From: an uncultured delta proteobacterium
GTDB taxonomy: Bacteria; Desulfobacterota; Binatia; DP-6
Reading direction: 5' to 3'
Length of the DNA stretch: 64,000 nt
NCBI GenBank assembly: GCA_963815115.1
Contig: CAWFFN010000005.1
Location: 800,001-864,000, forward strand
A model generated the notes under the pieces. It saw only the letters and a list, made by a program, of their open reading frames with translations. It was not told where the DNA came from and made no database searches. This document shows, one piece after another, positions 21,907-32,998 of this stretch (its first letter is position 1; each line of letters begins with the position of its first letter). The position numbers and the translations under genes were made by a program.

Positions 21907-21971
21907 TTTTAAAAAAAAATTTCCAAAACGGCGGTCGTCTCTTGACTCGTGCACCCATGCACCTCTATACT
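21907..21971 (+). promoter_or_regulatory. sigma70 promoter with upstream A/T tract (UP-element-like)
   Basis: TTTTAAAAAAAAATTT tract, TTGACT(21942)-N18-TATACT(21966). Confidence 0.7.
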
Positions 21972-22074
21972 CCGCCGCCGTGGGGTTGCGGAGGACGTGG
22001 CTGGGGGTTCTCGCCTGGGAGGCAGTTCACACACACGCATTGGCTTCCTGAGGGAGGCCACAGAGGAGGCACTC

Positions 22075-22155
22075 ATGGCTGCAAAGAGGAAGGCAACGAG
22101 CAAGGCGAAGAAGAAGGCTCCTGCAAAGAAGAAGGCTGCCAAGAAGAAGAAGTAG
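22075..22155 (+). CDS. 26-aa Lys/Ala-rich histone-H1-like peptide
   Basis: AGGAGG RBS; MAAKRKATSKAKKKAPAKKKAAKKKK. Confidence 0.75.
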   Translation: MAAKRKATSKAKKKAPAKKKAAKKKK

Positions 22156-22258
22156 TGTCCGATCGTTCGCTTCTCGGTTTTCAACGCTAGGCACGTAGGT
22201 TTTTGAGAGGCTGAGTCCAGTCTCAGGCGAGAGCGGGCCCTTCGGGGTCCCGAAAGAG

Positions 22259-22294
22259 GCCCTCGGGCGACTCGAAAGCGCCGAGGGCTTTTTT
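22259..22294 (+). terminator. Rho-independent terminator
   Basis: GCCCTCGG..CCGAGGGC stem followed by TTTTTT. Confidence 0.75.
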
Positions 22295-22308
22295 CGTTGT
22301 GGGAGACC

Positions 22309-23076
22309 ATGCTGGCCGCGACCCCGATCCGCGCCGAGAGCCCGCGCTACGGGACGTCGCTGCTCTTTCTTCCCGAGCTCTGGGCTGCCGCCCGGCTCTG
22401 GCTCCCGATCGCATCATTCCTGGGCCACCGCGGCTGGGAGGGGCAGATGCTCGAGCTTCGGGGAACCGGCGATCTGCGCGAGCGCGTCGCGGCGGTCGTC
22501 GGGCATGCCCGTGCGCTTCCCGCTCGCCCGGTGCTGATCGGGCACGGCGCCGGCGCGATCGTGGCGCTGGAGGCCGCACGTGCCGGCGCCGGCGCGGCGG
22601 CCGTGCTGCTGGCCCCCTTGCTGGCGGGCAGTGCGCCGCTCCGTGCGTTGACGCGGCGGCGGGACGCGATCGCGGCCGTACTGCTCGGCCGGCCGATGCC
22701 GCCCCCTCGCGGAGCAGTCTTCGGGGACCTTCCCGCGACCGCCGCATCGGACCTCGCCGCCGACACGACGCGCGCCGTGCTCGACGTCGTCCGGGGACGG
22801 CCTCCGGCGTCAGGCGCGATCGGGGTGCCCGTCCTGGTCGCGGGTGGGGATCGCGACCCGCTGCTGCCGCAACACGCCGCCGCGGCGCTCGCCGCCAGGC
22901 TCGGGGGGGAGCATCTGGTGATCCCCGGCGCCGCACACTGGCCGCTCGTGGAATCCCGCTGGCAGCACACCGTGGACCTGGTGCACCGCTGGCTCGTGCG
23001 TCAGCTGGGAGAGGCGCTGCTCGAGCTACACGGCGAGGCCATGGCCGAACGCGACGCCGACCCGGACGAGAGCTGA
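22309..23076 (+). CDS. alpha/beta-fold hydrolase (nucleophile motif GHGAG)
   Basis: PVLIGHGAGA, VAGGDRDP, PGAAHWP. Confidence 0.75.
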   Translation: MLAATPIRAESPRYGTSLLFLPELWAAARLWLPIASFLGHRGWEGQMLELRGTGDLRERVAAVVGHARALPARPVLIGHGAGAIVALEAARAGAGAAAVLLAPLLAGSAPLRALTRRRDAIAAVLLGRPMPPPRGAVFGDLPATAASDLAADTTRAVLDVVRGRPPASGAIGVPVLVAGGDRDPLLPQHAAAALAARLGGEHLVIPGAAHWPLVESRWQHTVDLVHRWLVRQLGEALLELHGEAMAERDADPDES

Positions 23077-23085
23077 GCGGGCGCC

Positions 23086-24438
23086 TCAGGCGACGTGCAG
23101 GTTTCGCTTCGGGACGTCGCGCAGGAGCACGTCGTCGGGCGCTTCGGTCTTGTCGCTGGTGAGCAGCCGCTCGAGGCCCTCGCGGACCTCCTTGCGCGTC
23201 ATCTGCACGCCGTAGCTCTGCAGGATCTGGCGGATCAGATCGTAGTGCGACTCGACCGTCTCGGTCACCGAGAGGTAGCCGTGCGCGCCGGCGCTGCGGC
23301 CGGCCCAGAGGTTCAGTGGCGCCATGTTGAAGAACATCTGATCCGTCTCGGCGGGCTCGAGGAGGATGATGTCCCCCTGGAAGTTCGGGTCGTCCTGGTA
23401 CTGGCGGACTCCGAGCTGCAGCCGCGAATGGAGGAGGGTGCGGAAGACCTGATTGAGCACGGTGAGCATGCCCTGGTCGGCGAGCGGGCGGCCCTCGATC
23501 TCGTAGGTGTTCTGCTCCGGAACGAAGCGCCGCGTCACCCGGTTCGAGAACGGGCGGAACGGGTTGTAGCAGATCACCAGATCGGCCCCGTGCTCGATGG
23601 CGACGTCGAGGTTGGCGGTCCGCCGCACGCCGCCGTCCACATAGTCGACGCCCTTGATGCGCGCCGGCTTGTAGAAGCCGGGGAGCGCCGTCGATGCCTG
23701 CACGGCCTCGGAGATGGTGACCGACGGATCCTCGTCGTGCCCGAAGACGACGCGCTCCGCCGTGTCGAGGTTCATCGCCACGATGTAGAGCTCGATTCCG
23801 CGCACGCGATGGAGGACGCGGAAGTCGTTGGTCATCCCGCGGCGTTCGATGTTGTGGCGCAGGTATCGCTCCAGGCTGGCGTTGTCGAACAGACCGGAGG
23901 GCAGATACGCCAGCGGGAAAGGGAACTCGCGGGCCGCGCCGACGGCGTCGACGAGCGGCCGTGCGCAGTCGAGCAGATTGCCGAGACTCGGCGCCCGGCG
24001 CGCGCGAACCAGCGGCTCCTCGAGCGCCTGCAGCAACTTCGGCGTCTGGACCAGGAAGTCGTACACCACGCCGGGGACGTAGGTGAGGAGATCGACCAGG
24101 AACTCGACCGGCTTGCGCGCGAACTCGCCGACGTTCAGGCGATAGAAGTCGACGGCCTTCAATGCGGTGAAGTCCTCGGAGACTCCCTCGAGCGAGCGCA
24201 GCATCTCGGGCGGCGTGACGCCGCCGGCCAGCGGTGCGGCGAGGAAGGCGCCCGCGGAGAGGCCGACGTAGATGTCGAAGTCGGTCGTCTTCCGATTGAC
24301 CAGGAAGTCGTCGAGGGCCTTCAGGCCGCCGAGCTTGTACGCTCCGCCCGTGACGGCCCCGCCTGCGAGCACGAGTGCGATGCGGGGGTTGCGCTTGCGG
24401 GTTGCGAGGTCGCTCTTGTGGACGATCGTGAGGCCCAT
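23086..24438 (-). CDS. patatin-like phospholipase
   Basis: LAGGAVTG, GLSAG, YVDGG. Confidence 0.9.
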   Translation of the reverse strand: MGLTIVHKSDLATRKRNPRIALVLAGGAVTGGAYKLGGLKALDDFLVNRKTTDFDIYVGLSAGAFLAAPLAGGVTPPEMLRSLEGVSEDFTALKAVDFYRLNVGEFARKPVEFLVDLLTYVPGVVYDFLVQTPKLLQALEEPLVRARRAPSLGNLLDCARPLVDAVGAAREFPFPLAYLPSGLFDNASLERYLRHNIERRGMTNDFRVLHRVRGIELYIVAMNLDTAERVVFGHDEDPSVTISEAVQASTALPGFYKPARIKGVDYVDGGVRRTANLDVAIEHGADLVICYNPFRPFSNRVTRRFVPEQNTYEIEGRPLADQGMLTVLNQVFRTLLHSRLQLGVRQYQDDPNFQGDIILLEPAETDQMFFNMAPLNLWAGRSAGAHGYLSVTETVESHYDLIRQILQSYGVQMTRKEVREGLERLLTSDKTEAPDDVLLRDVPKRNLHVA

Positions 24439-24513
24439 GGAATGTTGACGCTGGCTGAGGACTTACAGGGTCACCCGAGGGTGGAGCGTTGCGTCATCCT
24501 CCGGGAGATGCCG

Positions 24514-24529
24514 AGCAATGCCCGTGCCA
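24514..24529 (-). promoter_or_regulatory. sigma54 -24/-12 promoter of the patatin gene
   Basis: Minus strand TGGCAC-GGGCA-TTGCT, matches consensus. Confidence 0.7.
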
Positions 24530-24676
24530 TGACCCTCCTTCCTGGGCGTCAAGACTCCAGTGCAGCCGCTACACGTCGGTTACTACGTGCGAAATCCTTG
24601 AGTCAACTGAATGCCCACGTCTCCAACCGGCCCGTGCTTCGGCTGGCCCCCGCGCGCGCCCTTGCGCCCATGCAAG

Positions 24677-25411
24677 TCAAAAGGAGAAAGGATCCCGGGC
24701 CAGAGCCCGGTTGGCAGCCGTCAGCGACTCGGGCGTATCGATGGTCACCCAGCGCGCCTCGGTGACGAAACCGTACACCGGCTGGTGGCCCCGCAGCAGG
24801 CGGGGATAGGTCTCGCGGATGAGGCCGAAGGTCCGACCGGGGTCCATCCACCCGAAGACCCCGGGCTCGAAGACGTGAAGGCCCGGGAACATGAATCCTC
24901 GAAGCGGCTCCGCCCGGTCTGGTCCCTCCGGAACCCCCACGACCCGCCTGACGCGGTCGTCCGCGTCGAGCTCGATCAACCCCCAGCTCGACGCGTCGGG
25001 AGCCGGCCGGACGACCATGGTCGCGATTCCGCCGCGCGCGCGGTGAAACTCGATCAGCGTGCGCAGCGGAAGCTCGAGCAGGCTGTCGCCGTTGGCGACC
25101 ACGAACGGCTCGCCGGTGAGCAGGGGCTCGGCCTGCTTGACGCCGCCGCCCGTGTCACGGATCTCCGTCTCCCGGGAATACCGCACCGTCAGCCCGAAAC
25201 GGCCGCCGTCGCCGATCTCCTCCTCGATGAGATGGCCGAGGTGATGCAGGTTGATCACCACCTCGTCGATCCCGCCCGCGCGCAGGAAGTCCAGGATGTG
25301 CGCCAGCATCGGCCGCCCGGCGACCGGCATCAGCGGCTTCGGTAAGCGGTCGGTCGCGGGGGCGAGGCGCGTGCCGCGTCCGGCCGCCAGGACCATCGCG
25401 CGATGGATCAT
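24677..25411 (-). CDS. murU: nucleotidyltransferase, MurU-like
   Basis: AMVLAAGRGTRL..PKPL, DTGGG; ATGA-coupled to amgK-like gene. Confidence 0.78.
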   Translation of the reverse strand: MIHRAMVLAAGRGTRLAPATDRLPKPLMPVAGRPMLAHILDFLRAGGIDEVVINLHHLGHLIEEEIGDGGRFGLTVRYSRETEIRDTGGGVKQAEPLLTGEPFVVANGDSLLELPLRTLIEFHRARGGIATMVVRPAPDASSWGLIELDADDRVRRVVGVPEGPDRAEPLRGFMFPGLHVFEPGVFGWMDPGRTFGLIRETYPRLLRGHQPVYGFVTEARWVTIDTPESLTAANRALARDPFSF

Positions 25412-26484
25412 GCGGGGCCGGACGCGAGCTCCGGCACGTGGCGCGCGACCAGCGCCTGCGCCGCTGCCAGCTCGGGCAGTGCCGCGAACGTCCGCCGTGT
25501 GACGGCATAGACCGCCGGCAGGTAGGCCAGATAGCCCGGACGCCCACGCACCCGCTCGAGGAAATAGAAGCGCCCGATGACCTTCAGCGCGTGCTGCAGC
25601 ACGCAGCGGTGGTAGCGCTCCTCGAAGCCAGGCGCGAGAGGAAGGCCGGCGGCGTCCATCGCGCCGCGGAAGCGGCCGACGAGCTCGACGGCGAGCGCCG
25701 CATCGACGCGATCGACGGTGGTGCGGTCGGTGAGCAGCTGCGCGAGATCGAACGCGTCGGGGGCGAGGAGGGCGTCCTGGAAGTCGATCATCCGGAGCTG
25801 GCCATACTGCACGTGCAGATTCCACGCCATGTAGTCGCGGTGCGAGAGGACGAGCGGTCCCTCGACGAAGGGCGTCTCGCACGGGGCCAGGGCGTCGAGC
25901 AGCGCGCGCCGTTCGCCGTCGGGCAACGCGCGCCCGTGTCGCGTCTCGATGCCGTGCTCCACGAAGTGCTCGAGCTCCGCGCGCGCGAGGGCGCCGTCGA
26001 AGCGCCGTCCGAAGGCGACGCACGCCGGATCAGGGTGACGCGTCCCGGCGATCTGGAGACGGGCCAGCAGATCGACGGCGTCGGCAAACAGCGGCCGCGC
26101 CCGCGCTGCGTCCGCCTCGACCGCCGCCCACAAGGTCACGTCGCCGATGTCCTCGAGGAGCAGGAAGCCCTCCTCGCGCGAGCGATCCGCGATCACCCTC
26201 GGCACCGGGAAGCCGTGCGCCGCCAGCCAGCGGCCGACGTTCACGAAGGGAAGCTCGCCGCCGGCGCCGCCGCCGCCCAGCTCGTCAGAGGCGGGAGCGA
26301 AGCGGCCCTCGCCGAGGAGCATCGCGACGACCGTGGGCACGCGAGCGCCGGCGAGCCGCAGGCGGAGGTAGCGGCGTGTCGACGCGTCCCCGTGCAAGGG
26401 CTCGACCGCGGTGATGCGTGCGGCGTCACCGAGGGCGATCGTCGCGGCGCGCTTCAGCGCTTCGTGCGGGATCGCCGACGACAT
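25408..26484 (-). CDS. amgK: anomeric MurNAc/GlcNAc kinase, AmgK-like phosphotransferase
   Basis: GDASTRRY, LLEDIGD, HRDY..NL, IDFQDA, LKVIGRF. Confidence 0.8.
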   Translation of the reverse strand: MSSAIPHEALKRAATIALGDAARITAVEPLHGDASTRRYLRLRLAGARVPTVVAMLLGEGRFAPASDELGGGGAGGELPFVNVGRWLAAHGFPVPRVIADRSREEGFLLLEDIGDVTLWAAVEADAARARPLFADAVDLLARLQIAGTRHPDPACVAFGRRFDGALARAELEHFVEHGIETRHGRALPDGERRALLDALAPCETPFVEGPLVLSHRDYMAWNLHVQYGQLRMIDFQDALLAPDAFDLAQLLTDRTTVDRVDAALAVELVGRFRGAMDAAGLPLAPGFEERYHRCVLQHALKVIGRFYFLERVRGRPGYLAYLPAVYAVTRRTFAALPELAAAQALVARHVPELASGPA

Positions 26485-26565
26485 CGCTCGCCGTCGGCGC
26501 TACCAAAGCGTCGTCGCGGAGTCAAAAACGACCGCCCGACGCAACGTCGCGACGTGCGGCTGCTG

Positions 26566-26594
26566 TTGACAGGCCTGGACCGATTGCCTATCGA
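26566..26594 (+). promoter_or_regulatory. putative sigma70 promoter of nuo cluster 1 (near-leaderless nuoA)
   Basis: TTGACA-N17-TATCGA, 13 nt before the ATG. Confidence 0.5.
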
Positions 26595-26607
26595 GCCAGC
26601 GGATCCG

Positions 26608-26964
26608 ATGAAGTTCGAGTACATCCCGGTGCTCGCCATGCTCGTGCTGTCCGCGCTCGTGCCGGGCCTCTTCCTCGCCGTGTCCGCGCTGTTCGGACCG
26701 CGCCGGCCGTCGGCGGTGAAGGGAGAGCCGTTCGAGTGTGGCAACCTCTCCAGCGGCCCGGCGTGGGGACGATTCTCGGTCAAGTTCTACCTCACCGCCA
26801 TCCTCTTCATCGTGTTCGACGTCGAGGTGGTGTTCCTCTATCCGTGGGCGCTGCTCTTCAGACGGCTCGGCGTGTTCGGCTTCGTCGAGATGCTGATCTT
26901 CATCGTGGTGCTCGCGCTCGGTCTGGTCTACGTCTGGCGCAAGGGCGCGCTCGAGTGGGACTGA
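26608..26964 (+). CDS. nuoA: NADH-quinone oxidoreductase subunit A (cluster 1)
   Basis: PFECG, FIVFDVEVVFLYPW, KGALEWD. Confidence 0.95.
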   Translation: MKFEYIPVLAMLVLSALVPGLFLAVSALFGPRRPSAVKGEPFECGNLSSGPAWGRFSVKFYLTAILFIVFDVEVVFLYPWALLFRRLGVFGFVEMLIFIVVLALGLVYVWRKGALEWD

Positions 26965-26980
26965 GAGCGGCGACGACCGC

Positions 26981-27505
26981 ATGACGCCGGAGGAGGTCAT
27001 GGCGCGCGTCGCGACGCTGCTGCCCGCCGCCGTGCCGGCGCCCGCGGACCAGGTGCGCGGGGCGGCCGTCGTCATCGTCGCGCGCGACGGGGTGCTCGAT
27101 GCGCTGCGCGCGCTGCGCGACGATGCCGAGCTCGCTCTCGACGCGCTGTCCGACCTGACCGCGGTCGACTACCTCGGACGCGAGCCGCGCTTCGAGGTCG
27201 TCTACCAGCTGAACTCGCTCACCCATCATCATCGGCTCCGGGTCAAGGCGCCGGTTCCCGGCGACGATCCCACCATCACCAGCGCCACACCGCTCTGGAA
27301 CGCGGCCCTGTGGGCCGAGCGCGAGGTGTGGGATCTCTTCGGCATCCGCTTCGCCGGACATCCCGATCTGCGCCGCATCCTCATGTATCCCGAGTTCGAG
27401 GGCCACCCGCTGCGCAAGGACTACCCGGTGAATCGCCGCCAGCCGCTCGTGCCGGAGCGCGATCCCGTACGCGAGCCGTGGTATCCGCGCGTGGAGGGCC
27501 GCTAG
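26981..27505 (+). CDS. nuoC: NADH-quinone oxidoreductase subunit C (cluster 1)
   Basis: EREVWDLFGI.F.GHPDLRRIL..GHPLRKDYP. Confidence 0.95.
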   Translation: MTPEEVMARVATLLPAAVPAPADQVRGAAVVIVARDGVLDALRALRDDAELALDALSDLTAVDYLGREPRFEVVYQLNSLTHHHRLRVKAPVPGDDPTITSATPLWNAALWAEREVWDLFGIRFAGHPDLRRILMYPEFEGHPLRKDYPVNRRQPLVPERDPVREPWYPRVEGR

Positions 27506-27507
27506 CC

Positions 27508-28731
27508 ATGCCGCACACGCCGGGCTCGCTCATGCCCGATCGCTTCGAGGAGACCGATCGGGGCGCGAGCGACGTGATGGAGATCCAGATGGGACCGTCG
27601 CATCCGGCGTCCCACGGCACCATCAAGTTCAATCTCCGGCTCGACGGCGAGACCATCCTCGATATCGACGTGGAGATCGGCTACCTGCACCGCGGCTTCG
27701 AGAAGATGTGCGAGCAGGGCACCTGGAATCACTGCGTGCCCTACGCGGACCGGCTGAACTACGCCTCGCCCATCCTGAACAACGTCGGCTTCGCGCTCGC
27801 GCTCGAGAAGCTGGCCGGCATCACCGCGCCCGAGCGCGCCCAGTACATCCGGGTGATCGGCGGCGAGATCTCCCGCATCACCGATCACCTCACCTGCCTC
27901 GGCATGGCCGTGCAGGAGGTGGGGGCGACCTCGGCCGGGTTCTACCTCATCGAGGCGCGCGAGTTCCTGTACGATCTGGTGGAGGCGCTGACGGGCGCCC
28001 GGCTGACCGTCACCTACTGCCGCCTCGGCGGCGTCATGAACGATCTCCCGGCGGACGTGGGGGACCGCATCCGCGCGGCCTTCCGGAACCTGCGCGGAGT
28101 GCTCACGGACTGCGACAAGCTCCTGTCGCGCAGTCGCATCTTCGTCGATCGCATGCGGGGCGTCGGCGCCATCGGTGCGAAGGAAGCCGTGTCGTGGGGG
28201 CTCACCGGACCGCTCCTGCGCGCGACGGGCGTGTCGTACGACGTCCGCAAGGCCGAGCCCTATCTCGTCTACGACCGCTTCGAGTTCGACGTCCCGACCG
28301 GGACCCGCGGCGACAACTACGACCGCTTCCTGGTGCGCTTCGCCGAGATGCAGCAGAGCATGCACATCATCGAGCAGGCGCTGGCCCAGATCCCGGATGG
28401 TCCGATCATGGCCGACCACCCGCGCTACGTGCTGCCGCCCAAGCACGCGGTCTACACCTCCATCGAGGGCCTCATGGACCACTTCATGCTCGTCATCGAG
28501 GGCAGCAAGATTCCGCCGGGCGAGGTGTATGTCGCGACCGAGGGCGGCAACGGCGAGCTCGGCTTCTATCTGGTGAGCGACGGCAGCGGGCGCCCGTACC
28601 GCGTCCGCGTTCGCCCGCCGTGCTTCTACGCGATGTCGGCGCTCGGCGACATGCTGCGCGGAGCCATGATAGCCGACATCATCACGACCTTCGGCCAGAT
28701 CAACATGATCGGGGGCGAGTGTGACCGCTGA
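27508..28731 (+). CDS. nuoD: NADH-quinone oxidoreductase subunit D (cluster 1)
   Basis: MGPSHPASHG, GYLHRGFEK, DRLNY, GECDR. Confidence 0.95.
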   Translation: MPHTPGSLMPDRFEETDRGASDVMEIQMGPSHPASHGTIKFNLRLDGETILDIDVEIGYLHRGFEKMCEQGTWNHCVPYADRLNYASPILNNVGFALALEKLAGITAPERAQYIRVIGGEISRITDHLTCLGMAVQEVGATSAGFYLIEAREFLYDLVEALTGARLTVTYCRLGGVMNDLPADVGDRIRAAFRNLRGVLTDCDKLLSRSRIFVDRMRGVGAIGAKEAVSWGLTGPLLRATGVSYDVRKAEPYLVYDRFEFDVPTGTRGDNYDRFLVRFAEMQQSMHIIEQALAQIPDGPIMADHPRYVLPPKHAVYTSIEGLMDHFMLVIEGSKIPPGEVYVATEGGNGELGFYLVSDGSGRPYRVRVRPPCFYAMSALGDMLRGAMIADIITTFGQINMIGGECDR

Positions 28732-29218
28732 CGGCGAGCGGCCGCGGTTCTCCGACGCCGCGCTGGCCGAGCATCGCGAGATCCTGTCGCGCTATCCCGA
28801 GCGCCGGGCGGCCCTCATGCCGACGCTGTGGCTCGCGCAGCGCGAGTTCGGCTGGCTGTCGCTTCCGGTGCAGGAGTACGTCGCGGAGCTCATGGAGATG
28901 CCGCTCCCCTGGGTCACGTCGGTGGTCTCCTTCTACACGATGTACTGGCAGGAACCGAAGGGCCGCTGGCATCTCCAGGTGTGCGTCAACCTGTCGTGCG
29001 CGCTGCGTGGCGCGGGCGCGCTGTGCGACGTGATCACGCGTCGCCTCGGCATCGAGCCCGGGCAGCGCACGGAGGACGGCCGCTTCTCGTTCGAGGAGGT
29101 CGAGTGCCTGGCGAGCTGTGGCACCGCTCCCGTGATGCAGGTGAGCAACGCCGAGTATCACGAGCGTCTCGACCCCGCGGCGCTCGAGGCGCTCCTCGAT
29201 CGCTTCGCCGCCGCGTGA
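28721..29218 (+). CDS. nuoE: NADH-quinone oxidoreductase subunit E
   Basis: SFYTMY, CVNLSC..ECLASC [2Fe-2S] ligands. Confidence 0.93.
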   Translation: MTADGERPRFSDAALAEHREILSRYPERRAALMPTLWLAQREFGWLSLPVQEYVAELMEMPLPWVTSVVSFYTMYWQEPKGRWHLQVCVNLSCALRGAGALCDVITRRLGIEPGQRTEDGRFSFEEVECLASCGTAPVMQVSNAEYHERLDPAALEALLDRFAAA

Positions 29219-29221
29219 CGC

Positions 29222-30319
29222 ATGGGCCTCGACGTCGCCATCGCCTGCGCCAAGGCGGTCGTCATCCTGCTCATCGCCCTCCAGGTCATGGGGATGGGCG
29301 TCTTCTTCGAGCGCAAGGTGAGCGCCATCATCCAGGACCGGATCGGAGCCAACCGCGCCGCCATCCTGGGCTTCGCCGGGCACGGCCTGATCAACACGCT
29401 GGTCGCGGACCCGCTCAAGTTCCTCTTGAAGGAGGACGTCCGCCCGGCCGGCGCGGACCGCTTCCTGCACACGCTCGCCCCGCTGGCCGCGGTCATCCCG
29501 GCGCTCGCCGCCTTCGCCGTGGTGCCGTTCGGCGACGTGCTCGAGATCGGCGGTCGCACCATCAACCTCCAGGCGGCGTCGCTCGACGTCGGCATCCTCT
29601 ACATCCTCGCCTTGGCCTCCCTCGGGGTGTACGGCGTCGTACTCGCCGGCTGGGCGTCCAACAACCGCTGGTCGCTGCTGGGCGGCATCCGCGGTTCGGC
29701 GCAGATGATCTCCTACGAGATCGCGATGGGCCTCGCGCTCATCGGCGTCGTCCTCACCTACGACACCCTCGATCTGCAGGAGATGGCCCGGCGGCAGGGA
29801 GAGCTCCTCTGGGGCTGGCTCCCCGCCTGGGGCATCCTGTACCAGCCCCTGGGCTTCCTGATCCTCTTCGTCGCCGGCATCGCGGAGTCGAAGCGTATCC
29901 CCTTCGACCTGCCCGAGAGCGAGTCCGAGCTGGTGAGCGGCTTCTTCACCGAGTACTCGGGGGCGAAGCATCTGATGTTCATGATGTCCGACTTCGTCGA
30001 GGTGGTGCTGGTGGCGGCGCTCGTCACCACGCTCTTCTTCGGCGGCTGGCAGATCCCGTACCTCGGCCGCGAGGGCTTCCATTTCCCGTGGGGAACGACC
30101 ATCGCGCTGCCGTCGCTCGTCGTCGCGATCCTCCAGATCCTCTCGTTCTCGGTGAAGCTCGTCTTCTTCACGTGGCTGCAGATCGTCATCCGCTGGACGC
30201 TGCCGCGCTTCCGCTACGACCAGCTCATGCGCCTCGGCTGGAAGGGACTGCTGCCGCTGTCGCTCCTGAACGTCGTCGTGTCCGCGGCCCTGGTGCTCCT
30301 GCGCGAGGGCCGGACGTGA
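29222..30319 (+). CDS. nuoH: NADH-quinone oxidoreductase subunit H (cluster 1)
   Basis: [32 protein letters not shown]. Confidence 0.95.
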   Translation: MGLDVAIACAKAVVILLIALQVMGMGVFFERKVSAIIQDRIGANRAAILGFAGHGLINTLVADPLKFLLKEDVRPAGADRFLHTLAPLAAVIPALAAFAVVPFGDVLEIGGRTINLQAASLDVGILYILALASLGVYGVVLAGWASNNRWSLLGGIRGSAQMISYEIAMGLALIGVVLTYDTLDLQEMARRQGELLWGWLPAWGILYQPLGFLILFVAGIAESKRIPFDLPESESELVSGFFTEYSGAKHLMFMMSDFVEVVLVAALVTTLFFGGWQIPYLGREGFHFPWGTTIALPSLVVAILQILSFSVKLVFFTWLQIVIRWTLPRFRYDQLMRLGWKGLLPLSLLNVVVSAALVLLREGRT

Positions 30320-30807
30320 GCATCCCGCTGTTCCTGATCTTCGCGGCGCTCACGGTCGCGTCGGCCCTGGTGGTCGTCCTCCACCGCAATCCCGTCTACT
30401 GCGCCCTCGGGCTGGTCTCCACCCTCTTCCTGCTGGCGCTCCTCTTCATCGGGCTCGAGGCCCACATGGTGGCCGTCCTCCAGATCATCGTCTACGCGGG
30501 CGCGATCGTCGTCCTCTTCCTGTTCGTCATCATGCTGCTCAATCTCCAGGTGGAGGAGCGTGCGACGGTCCCTCGACCGCTGTTCGCGGTGGCCACCGCG
30601 GGCGGACTTCTCCTCGGCGCCCTCGTGCTGGTCGGCATCGCCCGGACGCCGCTCGCCGCGCCGATGCCGGTGCACGCGGACTACGGCGGCACCGAGCCGC
30701 TCGCGGAACGGCTCTTCACGACGTACCTGCTGCCCTTCGAGCTCACCTCCCTCCTTCTCCTCGTGGCCATCGTCGGCGCCGTGGTCGTCGGGAAGCGGAG
30801 AGCCTGA
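30316..30807 (+). CDS. nuoJ: NADH-quinone oxidoreductase subunit J (cluster 1)
   Basis: [24 protein letters not shown]. Confidence 0.93.
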   Translation: MSIPLFLIFAALTVASALVVVLHRNPVYCALGLVSTLFLLALLFIGLEAHMVAVLQIIVYAGAIVVLFLFVIMLLNLQVEERATVPRPLFAVATAGGLLLGALVLVGIARTPLAAPMPVHADYGGTEPLAERLFTTYLLPFELTSLLLLVAIVGAVVVGKRRA

Positions 30808-30809
30808 GC

Positions 30810-31111
30810 GTGGGCGAGACGCCGATCTCCTGGTATCTCGTGCTGAGCGCCGCGCTGTTCGCCATCGGCACGGTCGGCGTGCTCACCCGGCGCAACCTGA
30901 TCGTCGTCTTCATGGCGATCGAGCTGCTGCTCAACGCCGTCAACCTGAGCTTCGTGGCCTTCGCCCGCGGCCTCGGGTCCATGGACGGGCAGGTGATCGT
31001 GTTCTTCGTCATGGCGGTCGCGGCGGCCGAGGCGGCGGTCGGGCTGGCCATCATGCTCCAGCTCTACCGCCTGCGGGAGACCCTCAACGCGGACGAGGTG
31101 ACGACGCTGCG

Positions 31112-31118
<7 letters not shown>
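30810..31118 (+). CDS. nuoK: NADH-quinone oxidoreductase subunit K (cluster 1)
   Basis: [18 protein letters not shown]. Confidence 0.95.

Positions 31119-32994
<1,876 letters not shown>

Positions 32995-32998
<4 letters not shown>

Noticed and set aside
22205-22260. Hammerhead-like CTGA..GAAA pattern
   Set aside because: Lacks the CUGAnGA core and the required stems
27508-28731. NuoD copies as group 4 NiFe hydrogenase large subunits
   Set aside because: Neither copy has the N- and C-terminal CxxC nickel ligands; quinone-site His and Tyr motifs are present
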